DNA of 64,000 nucleotides from Spironucleus salmonicida (Eukaryota), in contig NC_090599.1 in assembly GCF_000497125.1 (NCBI RefSeq), positions 1,116,001 through 1,180,000 of the forward strand, given 5' to 3'. Each line of letters begins with the position of its first letter. The first letter of the stretch is position 1. A program made the translations under genes and the position numbers. Positions 51,048-64,000 of this stretch are shown piece by piece. The notes below the pieces were generated by a model that saw only the letters and a program-made list of their open reading frames with translations, did not search any database and was not told where the DNA came from.

Positions 51048-52515
51048 ATGTTAATCTGCTTATTTTAAAATATAATTACTGATCCATTTGCAGAAATGTA
51101 GTCAAAACCCTGTTTTTAAGGAATTTTAGATAAAATAATCAACTTTTGCCCAGAATTTTCTCCACACTCTGCTGTACACTAGATTTTAGCGTTACAGCTT
51201 ACAAATTGTTATAGGGTGAGTGCTGGATTATATAAACTTAATTGTGCAGATGCGCTAAATGTCGATTCACCTAATTAAAAATCTGTCAAAAATTGTTTAA
51301 AATAACTTGGAAATGATGAAATTGGAACACTTTTAGGATTATACGCATAAATAAATTGATAGAATCTAAGATGGGTGCTTTTATTTGACTATTAATAATT
51401 TTAACTAAAAAGCAGCAGTTGTTAGTAGGAATTTATTGAATTCTTCAATAAATTCTGTTAACTAACTTGATATCATGGGGTAGAAATTAGGATAGAATAT
51501 TGAAGTCAGTACGGAGTTGTAAAGCTAATTTTAAGCTCTTTCTGTCCTTTATAAGTTCATGAAAAGGAGTAAATTAGTGCTTTTAAAGAGTAGTAAAAAC
51601 AGCTTAAAATATAGCAAATTATCTACAAACTCATAAAAAATACTACGATAATTTCTGATAATTTTCAGACATAAGCATAAAAGTCGAATGTTATTTAAAA
51701 CAATATATTTAGAGTATGAAATAGCTGGGAATTAGTGTAGAGAATTTAGATTTTAATGTTGAAAGTATGGAAAAATCTTCAAAAAATATTGTAAAAGGAC
51801 TAAACTAGTCAAACAAGATTATATCAGAGCAACTAGAGAAAGTAATTAATATTGATGCTAATCTCATTAAGGTGGAAATTTATCCCAAAAATCAATTGAA
51901 GCTTAATAGATACATATAAACTAATAGACGACAATTAGCAGAAAGTATCATTCGAAGTAACTAAAATTAATGCAGAAATATCCTAAATACTTAAAAACTT
52001 AGATAATATAAATTACATAACAAAAGTCTATATTTCAATCCTTCCAGTATAATCTGGTTTATAAGCTTTCATATTGGCGTTTATCTCTCCTTTATTATGT
52101 CATATGCTTTTTAGTATGGATTTTAGCCTATTCGCCGTATTGCTATGTTATTTTAGGAATTGAAATCAGCATTGTAAATTTCTCTAAGCTAGTATCACAC
52201 ATGTTGTTTTGCAATATTTATGTACCAATATTGTAAAGTTCAACAAACTAAAGTTATTAAGCTAGGCAGAAGTGATCTTTACAGAGCAGGAGTTACAACA
52301 TTTATGCATTTTTAAAAGGTTCAAACGAATAATAATGCATGTATTAACCAAATTAGTAGCATTTCTTATCTAATCCGTTTATAGAGATTTTATTCGCTAA
52401 AATAGAAGTTGTGGAGTATTTAAGAGGCAAAAGTGGATAAATATGTGAGTACGCCATAAAGACATATCAAGCATAGTATTAGCCAAATCAAACTATGAGA
52501 GCGTCAAATAAGTGA
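51048..52515 (+). pseudogene. GEX1/KAR5/Brambleberry-like nuclear-fusion protein candidate, frameshifted as assembled (end approximate)
   Basis: PCFQGILDKIINFC...ILALQLTNCYRVSAGLYKLNC...VKNCLKQL...[shift]IDRIQDGCFYL, then coiled coil and C-terminal hydrophobic segments. Confidence 0.6.
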
Positions 52516-52801
52516 ATTCGAGTTTATTTCTGCAGTTTTTATCTGATATTGTCCATCAGTAAACCAATCTATCTTGCATACATTATCATTCACATTACAA
52601 CCAAGCCAATCAAGTAATTCTAAACATGGAACCTCATAATTAAGTGAAATTAAGCACCTACGTCACAAATAAACTGTCTTTTCAACTCCAACGTGCCTAC
52701 ATACCAATTTTCCGCCTTAAATAAAAAACCAATATTATCATTTTTACAAATAAATTATAATTATTATATATTATATATAATATATTTTCACTAAAGTACT
52801 G

Positions 52802-55800
52802 GTTATAATTATATAGGTCCGACGGATGATAAATCTGTGACTTAATTACTTAATTAAACGATTTGTTAAATTAACTTTTCAAAACTAGATTTCATGGTGA
52901 TAAGATTTATATGGTCGTGATTATTTATAATGTTGATAAGTTTCTTCTCATCAATTTTTATTCATCATAGTTGCAAAATAAATAGTTGATATAGAATAAG
53001 GTTCATATTTTATGATATTAATATTTATATTATATAATAACTCTAAGCTTTTGGTTTATAAATATCCGGAAAATCCACTAAGTATGAGAGTTTATTTTTA
53101 GAATCAAATAAATAAATTACTTTAAATAAATGATTCGTAACAAGATTCTAGTTTTTCTAATAGTTTCAGTTTGATGCCGTATACTTTAGAACATATATTT
53201 TATACTTAACAATAATCTCAATACATATAACAATATAACTGATTATTTTATCTTTATAAATGTCTTAAGTTCGGTTATCAAAATTTATGTCTAGGAAATT
53301 CAAAGTAGAGCACCCTATTTTAATTATAGACACGAATACAGATAATAAGTTTCCTATGATAAAGTTTTAACTCCTAAAGCTAGCTTAAAAAGGTTCATTT
53401 TTAAGAAAGGCAGATAGAGCCATTAACGATGAATAATGACTGACAAGGGTAAATGTCATACTATTAAGTGATTTTATAGTATATTTGACATTATGTCTAT
53501 TCTAACGCAGATTGTAATTATGGATAATAATTATTTCCTTTTTCTTTCCTTTTCATAATGCTAATTTAGTTCACTTCAACTCACCAATTAATCATAGGCT
53601 AATCTGCTTAACATCCGTTTAAGAAGCAGTTGAGATTTCTTTACGATAATAATTATCAGGAAGGTAGTTGATAAACAGGAATTTGTGTTGCAATATCAAA
53701 AGTAATTTCATATACTTAACCAAAATCTTTAAAATATGGGTAATTTATCACTTGAAGCTACATTTGAAGCTATAGTTTTAGGCCTTTCCGTGGTGAGCGT
53801 ATTTGGGCACAGGTAGAGTAATAAAATTTAAGTCAAATATAACTTTCGACCCCATTGGCTCGGTGGTTGTTGCTAGATTAAACTTATTTGAGGGAAGCGA
53901 ATTTGATGGTTAAGAGTGGATCTGGAGATTTTAAGGAGTAGAAAAATTATATTCAAAAATGTGAATTACATGTTTGTTAGAGTTATTGATGTAAGGTAAA
54001 TGGTGAAGGTATTGAATTTAGGCTAGCATGGATGAACCCGGCCTTGGGATCTTAGATGGTGGAGATGGTGAATTATATTTTAATTCATATTTGCTATAAA
54101 ATACATTAATATTATATTTTATTGTTTCTTTTTTAATTTCTGTTTTATAATATATATATTAATTGTGATAAAGTATATTATATTCTGTCATTACCTATTT
54201 AATAAACTGCATTTACCCAAAAATTGTGTTTATAAATGGCGAAGTTGCAAATCTGTTAAGGCTTAAAAAGACTAAGTCATACTCCTACTGCTAAGTCAGG
54301 GGAGATACAAGATACAAGAATGATCCTAATGATGGTTATGGTTGTAGGATATATGTTTGCAGAGCTTTATTGTTGGTATTTATTGGTAATCACTCACATT
54401 GGTAGGAGATGCATTCCATATGATTTCTGATGCATTCCGCTCTTGTTATTGGATATATATCCATAAAAATTGGTAAAAGAAAAGCTAGTGGAGAGTATAC
54501 ATTCGGATACTAAAGATTGAGATTCTTGGAGCTTTCTTTATGCTAGTTTCTTAGTTTCAACTGCATTCTTTTTACTCACTGAAATAATTCAGAAATTATA
54601 TAACTCCAACACCAATAAGCGATGTTGACTTAGTCTTTATGTTGCTATTGGTGGTTTAGTCGTATAATATTGTAGGAATGTTTCTTATTTGGTCATAATC
54701 ATCGGAGGACACAGTCACGGTCACGATCATTCTCACGGCCATTCTCACGGTCATTCTCATGGTCATTGATCATGAACACGATCACGAGAGTCATGGAGAA
54801 TGTATGAACATGAGACCATTCATGACCATCATGAACATGATGAAGATCAATGTATAAAGAGAATCTCTTAGGCTGCGATAATAATATGAAAAAGAATCCC
54901 TGATCATGAAGAAGAACATGATCATTGTTGCTAACATGATCATGCTTGAAGTTACAGTAGAATCTGGTACGATATAAGTTTCTAATGAAATAGAACATAA
55001 GGTGAATCATAGTGATAAGCTCTAAGAATAGAAAAAGACGAAAAAGGTTGATATGGCATAGCATGGGTTTTCCTTCATGTATTGGCGATTTTATTGGCTC
55101 GATTAATAGTTATTATTGCCGCATTATCCTAAAAGTTTGGCTCATCTTCCTGGCATCTATATATTGATCCTAGCTGCTCATTAATCATGGTAGGTATTTT
55201 GGTAAATTCATCAATACCATTATTACGGGATTCTGGTAAGATACTTCTTCTACATTCATAAGTCGATTCAATAATGTTGAAATAACAAATATTAACAGTT
55301 AAGCACGTAGCGGGTGTTCATGAGGTTCACTCTTGGGCATTTACTCCTGAAAAAATAAGTTGGCCATGTTCATATAGTAATGCGTAAAAGTATGCTAGAT
55401 TAATATGAGACGGTTGTATCGGATGTCAAGGAAGTATTCCATAAACATGATATTCATAATACTACAGTGGCTGTTGAGTTTGTTGATGTGATAATGAGAA
55501 GGATCTTGATGCATGTTTCGTTAAATAAGGTTGCAAGCATTCACTGGTATGTGCTGTGAAGACTAATACAAAAAAATTAGTGATTGATTTGGTCATTCAA
55601 AAACTATTTATTTTCTAATGCACTAACAAGAAATTTAAAGATCTTAGTAATTAATTTTCTTAGTCTTGCCCAATAAGCAGTAAATCTCCATTTCGCTTAG
55701 TTCACATTGAAAAAATTAAATAACAGTACTAACCAGAGGTATGTTAAGTGAATTATTGCCTTTCTGATCTAACGCTTTAAAACAAAAATTCATCTCTATA

Positions 55801-58800
55801 CTTAATATTAATGTATCGCTAAACGATTTAATTCTTCTTTTCGAGGAAAACCACATTATCTAATCGAATGCCATTAAAATCTAATCTATGGTGAACCCGA
55901 ATCTAGCTGATAATTCTTACGCATAAGGTTTCTAGTTCTAACATTGATATTTTACCGTCTTTATTATCATCTATCTTTTTTCATGTCAAGAGTTTATACA
56001 CCTGCACTACAGCCCATTTAAGTAAAAAAATATGAATAACTTATATATAAACTTATTAATATGTTCATTTAAACTGATTTCAACAATAAATATATTAATA
56101 CGCTTTTGAGTCATAAATTACCAAAGCGAAAACTTTAATCTAATTATACAATTAAGACATCTAAACTCCCAACACCGTCTATATTCAATAAATAAATTCC
56201 AACAAGTGAACATTTTATACCAAATAAATCGTACTTACAGAGAAACAGCGAAAAATGCTGAATTCCTTTCTGTGGGGACTCATTTTGGTAGTCTGGGCGG
56301 CGCTTTGCACTGCATATCTGCGCTGTATTCGCTTCCTCGCGTCAGTTTCTCAACGAATTCAGCTACCGAAAGCGTACGAATCTGCTGATCCAATGGCGCG
56401 AGAGAGGCAGACCACGCTTGAGGATTGCACAGCGCGCGTTGAGGTGCGAGAACACCGCGACATAATTCAGCGAAACATCTAATTTTGGGCCAAAACCAAA
56501 AGGCCCTGGCAGCGAACGCCCGGAAACGGGCATTTTTGGAGTGAATTTTTTAGCGCGTTCAATTTTGGACGAAATCCGACTTGCGCATTCAAAATTCAAT
56601 TCAAATTTGACTTTCACTTCCTCTGCCACATTCCTCCCAAATCTGCCTGCAACCGTTCTGCATCTCTCGCAATCCACTCCTCGATGCTGCTGATCTGCAA
56701 GTCGAGATCGTTCCGGCGTTGATCTGGGCGATGCAGAACGCGCCGCTTTCGACGATCTTCCGGTCACGAGAAATGCATTTTCAGTGATTTTTTCGTTCGG
56801 AAAACGAAGTTTTCGCTCTTTTGAAGAGGAATTTTTTTCCGGAAGGAGCGAAATTTTAAGGTCGTTCAAGTACGTGGAAAGGAGGTCGAATTAAATATTT
56901 TTACGCGGCTAGAATTGCTTGCCAGACCAGGAATGCGAGCAGCTTCAACGTTGAGGAGTTGCAGGTCGAGCACGAGCGCGACGGTGGAGAGGCAGAAGTT
57001 AAGCCGCTGGCCGATCGGTTTTTCTCGCTGAAGCTTGCGACTCCAGCGCATTTTGGGCCGAAGTTCGCACCGAAATGCAGGCTTCTGGGCGATAGTTCGG
57101 AGCAAGTTTGCGAAGTCCAGACCGACCTGGAAAGCGCCCTCGAGCCCGAATGCTTGGAGGTCGCCACGCCGACGTGCATCTCACGCGCGGAAACGCGTGA
57201 AATTACTAGGGTAACCTGGAAACTCAGAGATTTGAAGATAATTTCGGCGGATCTGTGTGCAAAGGCTGACAATATTCCGTTGAGGCACTTCAACGGGCTG
57301 GGGAGGTGTTTTCGAGAAAACTAGAACCCCTGCAGTCAACTTCGACTGTAGCGGGGCGGTTTAGTCTGATCAACTGGTTAAAGGTGTCTAGGATGCGCTA
57401 TGAACGATTCATGGGTCGTGAAAACTGTCAGAAGAAGTGAATGGAGTTTAGCCACGAGCGGTTTAGAGGTTTGTAGAGAAAGTAGCGTTATGGGAGTACG
57501 AGCGATTCGTGGCTGGATGGGTTGCAGGTTTTTGATGCCAGAAGCGTTTTTGAGAATAAATGAGGGAAGCGCTGTAAGTGGCATTTAAAATATTATATAT
57601 ATATACTACATATTCATTAATTTTTGTTTTCTCTGTAGAATACCTCAATTATTTCGGCGACTTGTAATTTCTAAGTTAGTGATATTATTTTTTCTATATA
57701 AGGTTTCAATTAACTCAACTCGCTGGTGTTGATAATGATAATATTCTTCTAGCCGTTATGTGAATTTATTATCAACAATACATTTCTTCTTCAACATTTC
57801 AGGAGTCTTTAAAATCGATTTACATTTTTTATAACATGTTTACTTCTTAATAATTGTACAGATTTTATTCCTTCTACGAATACTGAAATGCCTTATGGTA
57901 TATGAAAATAATATTATTTATTTCAGTTGTTCCTTCTTGTAGGCAACAATATCTATTACTTTAATTGGTTTTTGCAAGAAAACTATTAATGTAAGCTTAA
58001 GGTCATACTTTATCTATGATTTCTTAAGAATTTTCCAAAAGTTATATATATTGTATCACATACCAAGTTTTAATAAATTGTATTTAGATTGATTTTCTTT
58101 GTCTTCATATTAAAAACTTGAAGTAAAATTACAATTATTGTTATAAATCAGAATTGTTTTACTTACATTAAAATACACCGGATAAATTGTCAATTTTATC
58201 ATAGTTTTAGAAACTTTTCCAAAACCTTCTGCGATTATTGCCATTAGATTTTTTTACTAGCTACCCTTACTTAATTGAGTTATTACAATATATATATAAG
58301 AGTGCAAATTAAGCTTGACATTGCCAATAACTTGTTTTTAATAATGTTATTGAATCGCTTACGGGAACGCTAGCTATTTAATTTGTACTCTTTTCATTTT
58401 ACCAAAAATACAACAAACATATAGAAAATATAATACTATTTTATAGCAATAAATAATGTCAGACGATCTGAAAACGCAAGGTAATGAAGCCCTTAAACAG
58501 GGCCGTATTTACGACTCCATATAGCTATATTCTGAAGCAATATAAATAGACCCATCTAATCAATATATTTTTCTAATCGATCTAATGCCTATTACTAAGA
58601 TAAAAATTTCGCATTTGCCTTAAAAGACGCAACGGAGACAATTACCTTAGCTTCCAAATTTGAAAAAGGATACATACGTGCTTATGATGCATTGGTTGCC
58701 TTTAAATAGATTCCTGAAGGAGTAAAGCAAATAAAAACAGGGTTGACCGCCATCCCAAGTGGACCAATTTTGACATAAAAAACCAGGAATTCTAGAAGTT

Positions 58801-61800
58801 TTATAATACCAAATCTGACTTCTATTCAGCTTATTACTAACCCAGTACCGTTTGTAAAAAAGTCCCAACAGTAATAGAATGCTTTGCTACTTGGTGTGGG
58901 CCTGCAAATAGATGATTCCCCATTTAGCAAAGTTCCAAGACACTTATAATAATAGGATAAACTTGATCAGTGTTTCTTTGAACCTACCGGAAAACTGGAA
59001 GGGTTCTGAAGGGAAATCCCGAAATTGAGCTGTACAACGTTGGATTTGACGGAAGCGGGGTGGTTTAGCATATTATGGGTCTCCAGGGGGTATAGGGCAT
59101 TCCACATTGTTTTGTTTACGATAAAGATGGAACCCAAATATTCGCGCCATCCCAGCCAGCTGATCAGTTTGTCTGCAGTTTAGGAATCTGAAGCATTTAA
59201 AATTCAATTTATTATAATATTATAATTATATTATTTTCCTACTTCATTTAATGTTTTATTCTTTGTCTGCCAAACTAACAGCTAAACGTGATCCAACATA
59301 CCTGTAATTATCATTAGAGCAGAAATAGGTGTATGATATGGTAGTTTTTGAGCGTAAATCTGTATTTTTCACCGGTCAGGCGGATCTGGTAAATCTTTCC
59401 TCATCCGAGCAGTAATTCAGGGTCTGTAACGACTTTTGCTACCAGAACAGCTGGCTGTGACTGCAATGACAGGAATGCTGCCTAAATATCGCAGGGTAAA
59501 CGCTGCACTCCTATTTGCATCACCTCTAAATTTTGACACGGAGGACCCCGAGACGAATGTGTAAAAACAGTTAAAAATGGCACTCGTGCGCCTCCGCTGC
59601 GCGAGCGGTTGAATGCGTTACAGACTATCCTGATTGACGAAGTTTCGATGCTCCAGGATCAGTTTTCGACACCTGAGCTGCTTCTCCGGAAGGTAAAAAG
59701 ATCGAGCAAATTCTTCGGAGTGTAATTGGTACTCTGTGGTGACTTCATGCCAACTACCACCAATAAAAAAAGTAGGGCCGGCCGAAGTTGCTGTTCGAGA
59801 GCAGCTACTTCTCAAAATTATGTGCGTCAAGCTAACTGTTCAATTCAGATAGCAGAACGACCAGGCTTATCAACATGCGAACAAGATCCGAAACGGTTAG
59901 GTTGACGACCAGGTTAAAAATTTGATTTTATCGCGCTAAGAAAACCGAACAGGAGATCAACAGGGACGAGGAGAAGCAATATTAAAATTTTCATATGGTT
60001 AGTGGAAATAGAACATTGAAAACATGAAATAATTATTTAAATTCAGAGTAGCAAAGTTTAAAATGGGATTTTTTAAGAAGCTTGAGCTTCTTCATCAGAC
60101 TAAAAATGCGAAATTCAGATCAGCAGGCAAAGTATTGTACCGCCAGTTTTTTCCTATAAGGTTGTATGCTTACAAAACGCAGGTCGAATAATTTAACATA
60201 TCTAGGCTTAATTCTCAGAAAAGGTAAGTTTTCACAGTTAATGCGTTAGATGAAGGTTATAATGATAAGATAGAAAAGCCAGAGCATAAATCTTATTCTC
60301 AATTGGAGCATAAGTCATGTTAACAAAAAATATAGATGTTACTGCTGGGCTGTGTAATGGATCAGTTGGTATAATAGTGGAGATCAAATCTAAAACTGAA
60401 AGTTAGATACTAAATGTGATATTAGATGAAGTTGAAGTATTTCGTAAATTTAGTTCTTCTACTGTTTCCAATAAAAAGTATTTGATACAGAACAGATAGC
60501 TCTAATGGAAAAGATAGAGTTGGCCTACGTAAAATAACTTCCGTTATAGTTATTCTTATGCAATATCTATCCACAAATCATAAGGTTTAACTTTAGATGC
60601 GGCTGTTATGGATTTAAAGAATTGTCTTGAAATGGGTAAGTTTATTGTGCTCTTAGTAGAATAAGATCATTAAAGGTTTGGTGGTGACTGGAATTAATTT
60701 TGATAAATAACAGCTGATTAAAGCAGTATGGTATTCTGCGAAGAAGTTAAAAGTATTGAAGAGTTAGTTTATTTCCGTCAGGAAATAACCTAATATAGTC
60801 ATTTACAATCGAGTCAGATATTTAATTACTAAAGAGTACGATTCTATACCCAAAGTCAGTAGATTTACGTGTTAAAAGCCCACACAACATTAAAAAATCA
60901 CCTACCTAGAATACCATTGTTCTCCTTAGCAGCCTCCAGTCCTATTTAAAACGAATTAACATCAGAATAGGCATCACCTTCGTTTCCTGTTCATTAGTAA
61001 GATTATATAAACATATATATAACAAAAGTCATAACAAATATGCACATAATCGCCTAGCTTGAAAGAGGTAAACTAAACAATAAAACCAAAAAATACTGAA
61101 GTAGTTTTTCATAAAAGCAGCTGATGTGGTCGATATTAGTGATTCTGATAATCTGGTAGAACCAGTATAGAAATTATAATCACCTACTATAGAATCTTAG
61201 CCAAAATTAACATAAGAAGATGTCCCTATTATTCCTATTTCTCCAAGATATAAATATGGAAAGTAATGCTATTCATGAGGAACCTGAAAAATTAAACACC
61301 TAAGAATTTCTTTGATTTTGAATATTATTTAAAATTTTGTGAAAGAAGTTGCTAGTTTCCTACAAGTTTAAGTGATAAGTTTTTCCCGCTCCAAAAATGA
61401 AACATTATCGATATTTCTTAGAAAACCTAAACGGCTAGTTCCATTTACTCCAAAATACAATGGAACAATCCCTAGTTCTGAAAAATTATAATAGTAATCA
61501 ACTATTCTTACTAGATCAACGCCTAAAACCCAGTCATAAAAAAACCAGTCGAGGTCCCAACCCCTGCTCCTGCAAAAAACATCCTTATAAGCATACATAT
61601 TTCTTTACCTAGGCATCACTTGTCAGCGCTCCCTTATTAATTCGCTCGTTACTTCCATGGCATCTTTAGATCCTACAGTTACGTTTCACCTCTCATGCGT
61701 ACAAAGCTTTCTGATTACTAGTATGCTCAATTTTCATCAAATTCTAGGTACCTGAGTTATATTTTGCTGATTTGGGACCTTACTTAGAAGGGAAAATTTA

Positions 61801-63191
61801 TCACAAAAATTCTATTGTTTATCGAGCAAATGCTATTGGCCTCCATAAAGAGGCTTATCACAACTGCAATTATTTTATAGCACGAAATAGGTTGACAGCA
61901 TCATCACTACCTGAAGCCTATCTCCATTTTACATAAACTGCTGTTATATTGGTGGAAACGTTGCAGACCAGACTGCCAGTTAATATTCTCCTAATGGGCC
62001 GTTTCTTGGGGTAGCAGTTTGTGCAGGAATTACTAAACTCTTTTGTTTACTAGCGTATGCTTGGTCTTAATGTTATAGGGACTGTAGGCAATACGAAAAT
62101 CTGGTGAGTTCCACGCCTGGAATTTATTACAGCTTGGCAAAGGATGGATCACGCTGATGATTTACTTGGTGCTTAACGGACAGTTTTCCAAGGTATTTCT
62201 AGATTAGTGATACACGAACTAGGGCATGTGAGTTTACATATTTACCTAAATGTATTAATAAGAGAAAAGTTATCTTGCAACACACAAAATGGTATCTGAA
62301 GCGTCCTGATGAGTAGTTAAGTGTTTTGAAAGATAGTATTAAATGGGCGTGTATGTATATAAAATACTTAACTTGCTAATAAGGATGTAATAAAAATTAT
62401 TGAGGATGGGTTTAGAGATCTTTATATCGGAGACTTCGACGTAAATATTAATTGGGGAATAAAGATTGAGAGTCGTAGGATAGAAAAGTTTAGACGTATT
62501 TACTGATGGTAATTATGTGTGCTTGTAATCAGCAGGACGGGTCAACCCTTAAAAAATTCACCTTATATATATCCTAGGAGACAAATCTGGTATCGTTTCT
62601 ATTCTGAAAAAGTTAGTAATTAAGCAACTTCTAGGTGGTAAACACGAATTTCGTGTGGAGCTTAACTGTTTGAACGCATAAAGAGCGGAAACACAGTTTG
62701 GTTTTGCGGGAAATGCTCCTAATCTCATCATACGAGACTAAGCTATATATTTCATGAGCGAATTGAAGTAGTAAATAAAATAGAATCAATTTCTTGCTCA
62801 AATAAGACCGCCAACATCGCAATAGCTCCCACAGCGAGTCGGCTTTCACGGGTGGAACTTCCTCATGAAAACGACGGTTGCTAGACTCAAATCATAACTA
62901 AAATAACGCTTATAGTAAATATAGTCTAATATATGGGAGTATTGTATTATTAAAGTAGAGTGAGTATAATTCACTTGGAGTCAGATTTATCGGCCGAATT
63001 TATTGTTAGCACTCTCTAGTTGCTTTTTATTATTACTCATATTTCGTTCGATCTTCTCATAAAAGCGTTCATATGCCGTAGTTCTCTTTATGAGTCATGT
63101 GCGACAATTTTTTAATTATTAAGTTTAAACAAAATGTCTATCCATTTTTAAAATTTCCTGCATAGTTGATTTATATGACACATAGTAGAGG
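52802..63191 (+). repeat. second copy of 39830-50313 with many 1-nt indels; broken RPC25 (~53558-54070), ZnT (~54236-55583), EF-hand (~55597-56017), TPR-Trx (~58456-59191), PIF1 (~59251-61342) and transglutaminase-like (~61397-62760) copies
   Basis: Colinear near-identity by eye; differences are mostly single-base indels. Confidence 0.95.
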
Positions 63192-64000
63192 TAATTCGAG
63201 CTGTGGTTCCCTAAAAAAAGCTGCAAGTCTGTTAATTTTTTACATACATCGCAGAGATAAACTTTTCGGTGTTAGTTTTATTTCTGTAAGAAATTCACTG
63301 GCTCTAATTTTGAGATTATTAATTTAAAATTAAAGTTATTAAAATCGAAAATGATATTTATCGACGATCTTTTAGGAATTTTCGCGAAGCTAATACCGAT
63401 TTGAATCCTAGCTTCAATACCCTATTTTAACCTAAAGGAAACTGCTTTCTTAAGGGTAAAGTCCAGATTTTCTAAAAGTTGCATTTTGAATTCAGCTTTT
63501 CGCTCCGATTTTTCTTATAGACAGAAGTTTATATTTTCCCCTATTAAGCAGCCCGCAAATCCGAAAATCTCTACTAATTACATCCAATTAATTGAAAATT
63601 TAACTCTCCGCTCCACCCTAAATTTCACAACTCCACACATTATTATACATTAATTACAACAATTTACGAAATTCCCTTATTTTTCTTTTCTTTCCACTCC
63701 ACAATTTTTAACTACCATTATTATATACCCAATTGACATCCATCACTTTTCGCCCTTCCTCTCTCTGTCATCCCTCCTGACAATCTCAACCTTGTCTACG
63801 TAAGCCCATTCGGGCCCCACAAACGACCAATTCGGCCAAAACAGCCTCAATTTTGCTTTTAAACGACCTCAAGTTGCTTCATTTTCTGCTCTTCGCCGCC
63901 CTCGCAAAGCTGTTTTTTGAGCGCAATTTTCGACTCCAAATCGGCAAAATCGTTAAAGTTGAAGCCCGCATCCGCGAAAACGGCGATTCCGCTATAGTCG
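63192..64000 (+). repeat. second copy of 37344-38152, including the 3' end of the Bfr1-like gene; runs off the right edge
   Basis: TAATTCGAGCTGTGGTTCCC... occurs at both 37344 and 63192. Confidence 0.95.

Overview
AT-rich eukaryotic DNA from a hexamitine diplomonad, most likely Spironucleus (S. salmonicida-like). It uses genetic code 6 (TAA/TAG = Gln, TGA the only stop), so the supplied ORF track fragments nearly every real gene; I re-translated by hand. Layout: (1) 1788-13894 is a ~6.5-copy tandem array of a GC-richer 1852-bp cassette carrying tRNA-Gly(GCC), two convergent small Myb/SANT-like ORFs and three strongly base-paired candidate ncRNAs, two of which look related. (2) 14.1-37.3 kb holds single-copy genes: an FAD-domain-only thioredoxin-reductase-like gene, three cysteine-rich membrane protein genes (two disrupted), proteasome alpha7, annexin, a truncated CHY zinc finger and a very GC-rich island. 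(3) 37.3-50.3 kb holds Bfr1-like, RPC25, CDF zinc transporter, EF-hand, TPR-thioredoxin, PIF1 and transglutaminase-like genes. (4) About 51.0-52.5 kb is a frameshifted GEX1/KAR5-like karyogamy gene candidate. (5) 52.8-64 kb is an indel-riddled, circularly permuted second copy of most of block 3. All calls are from manual reading; no searches or folding programs were run.
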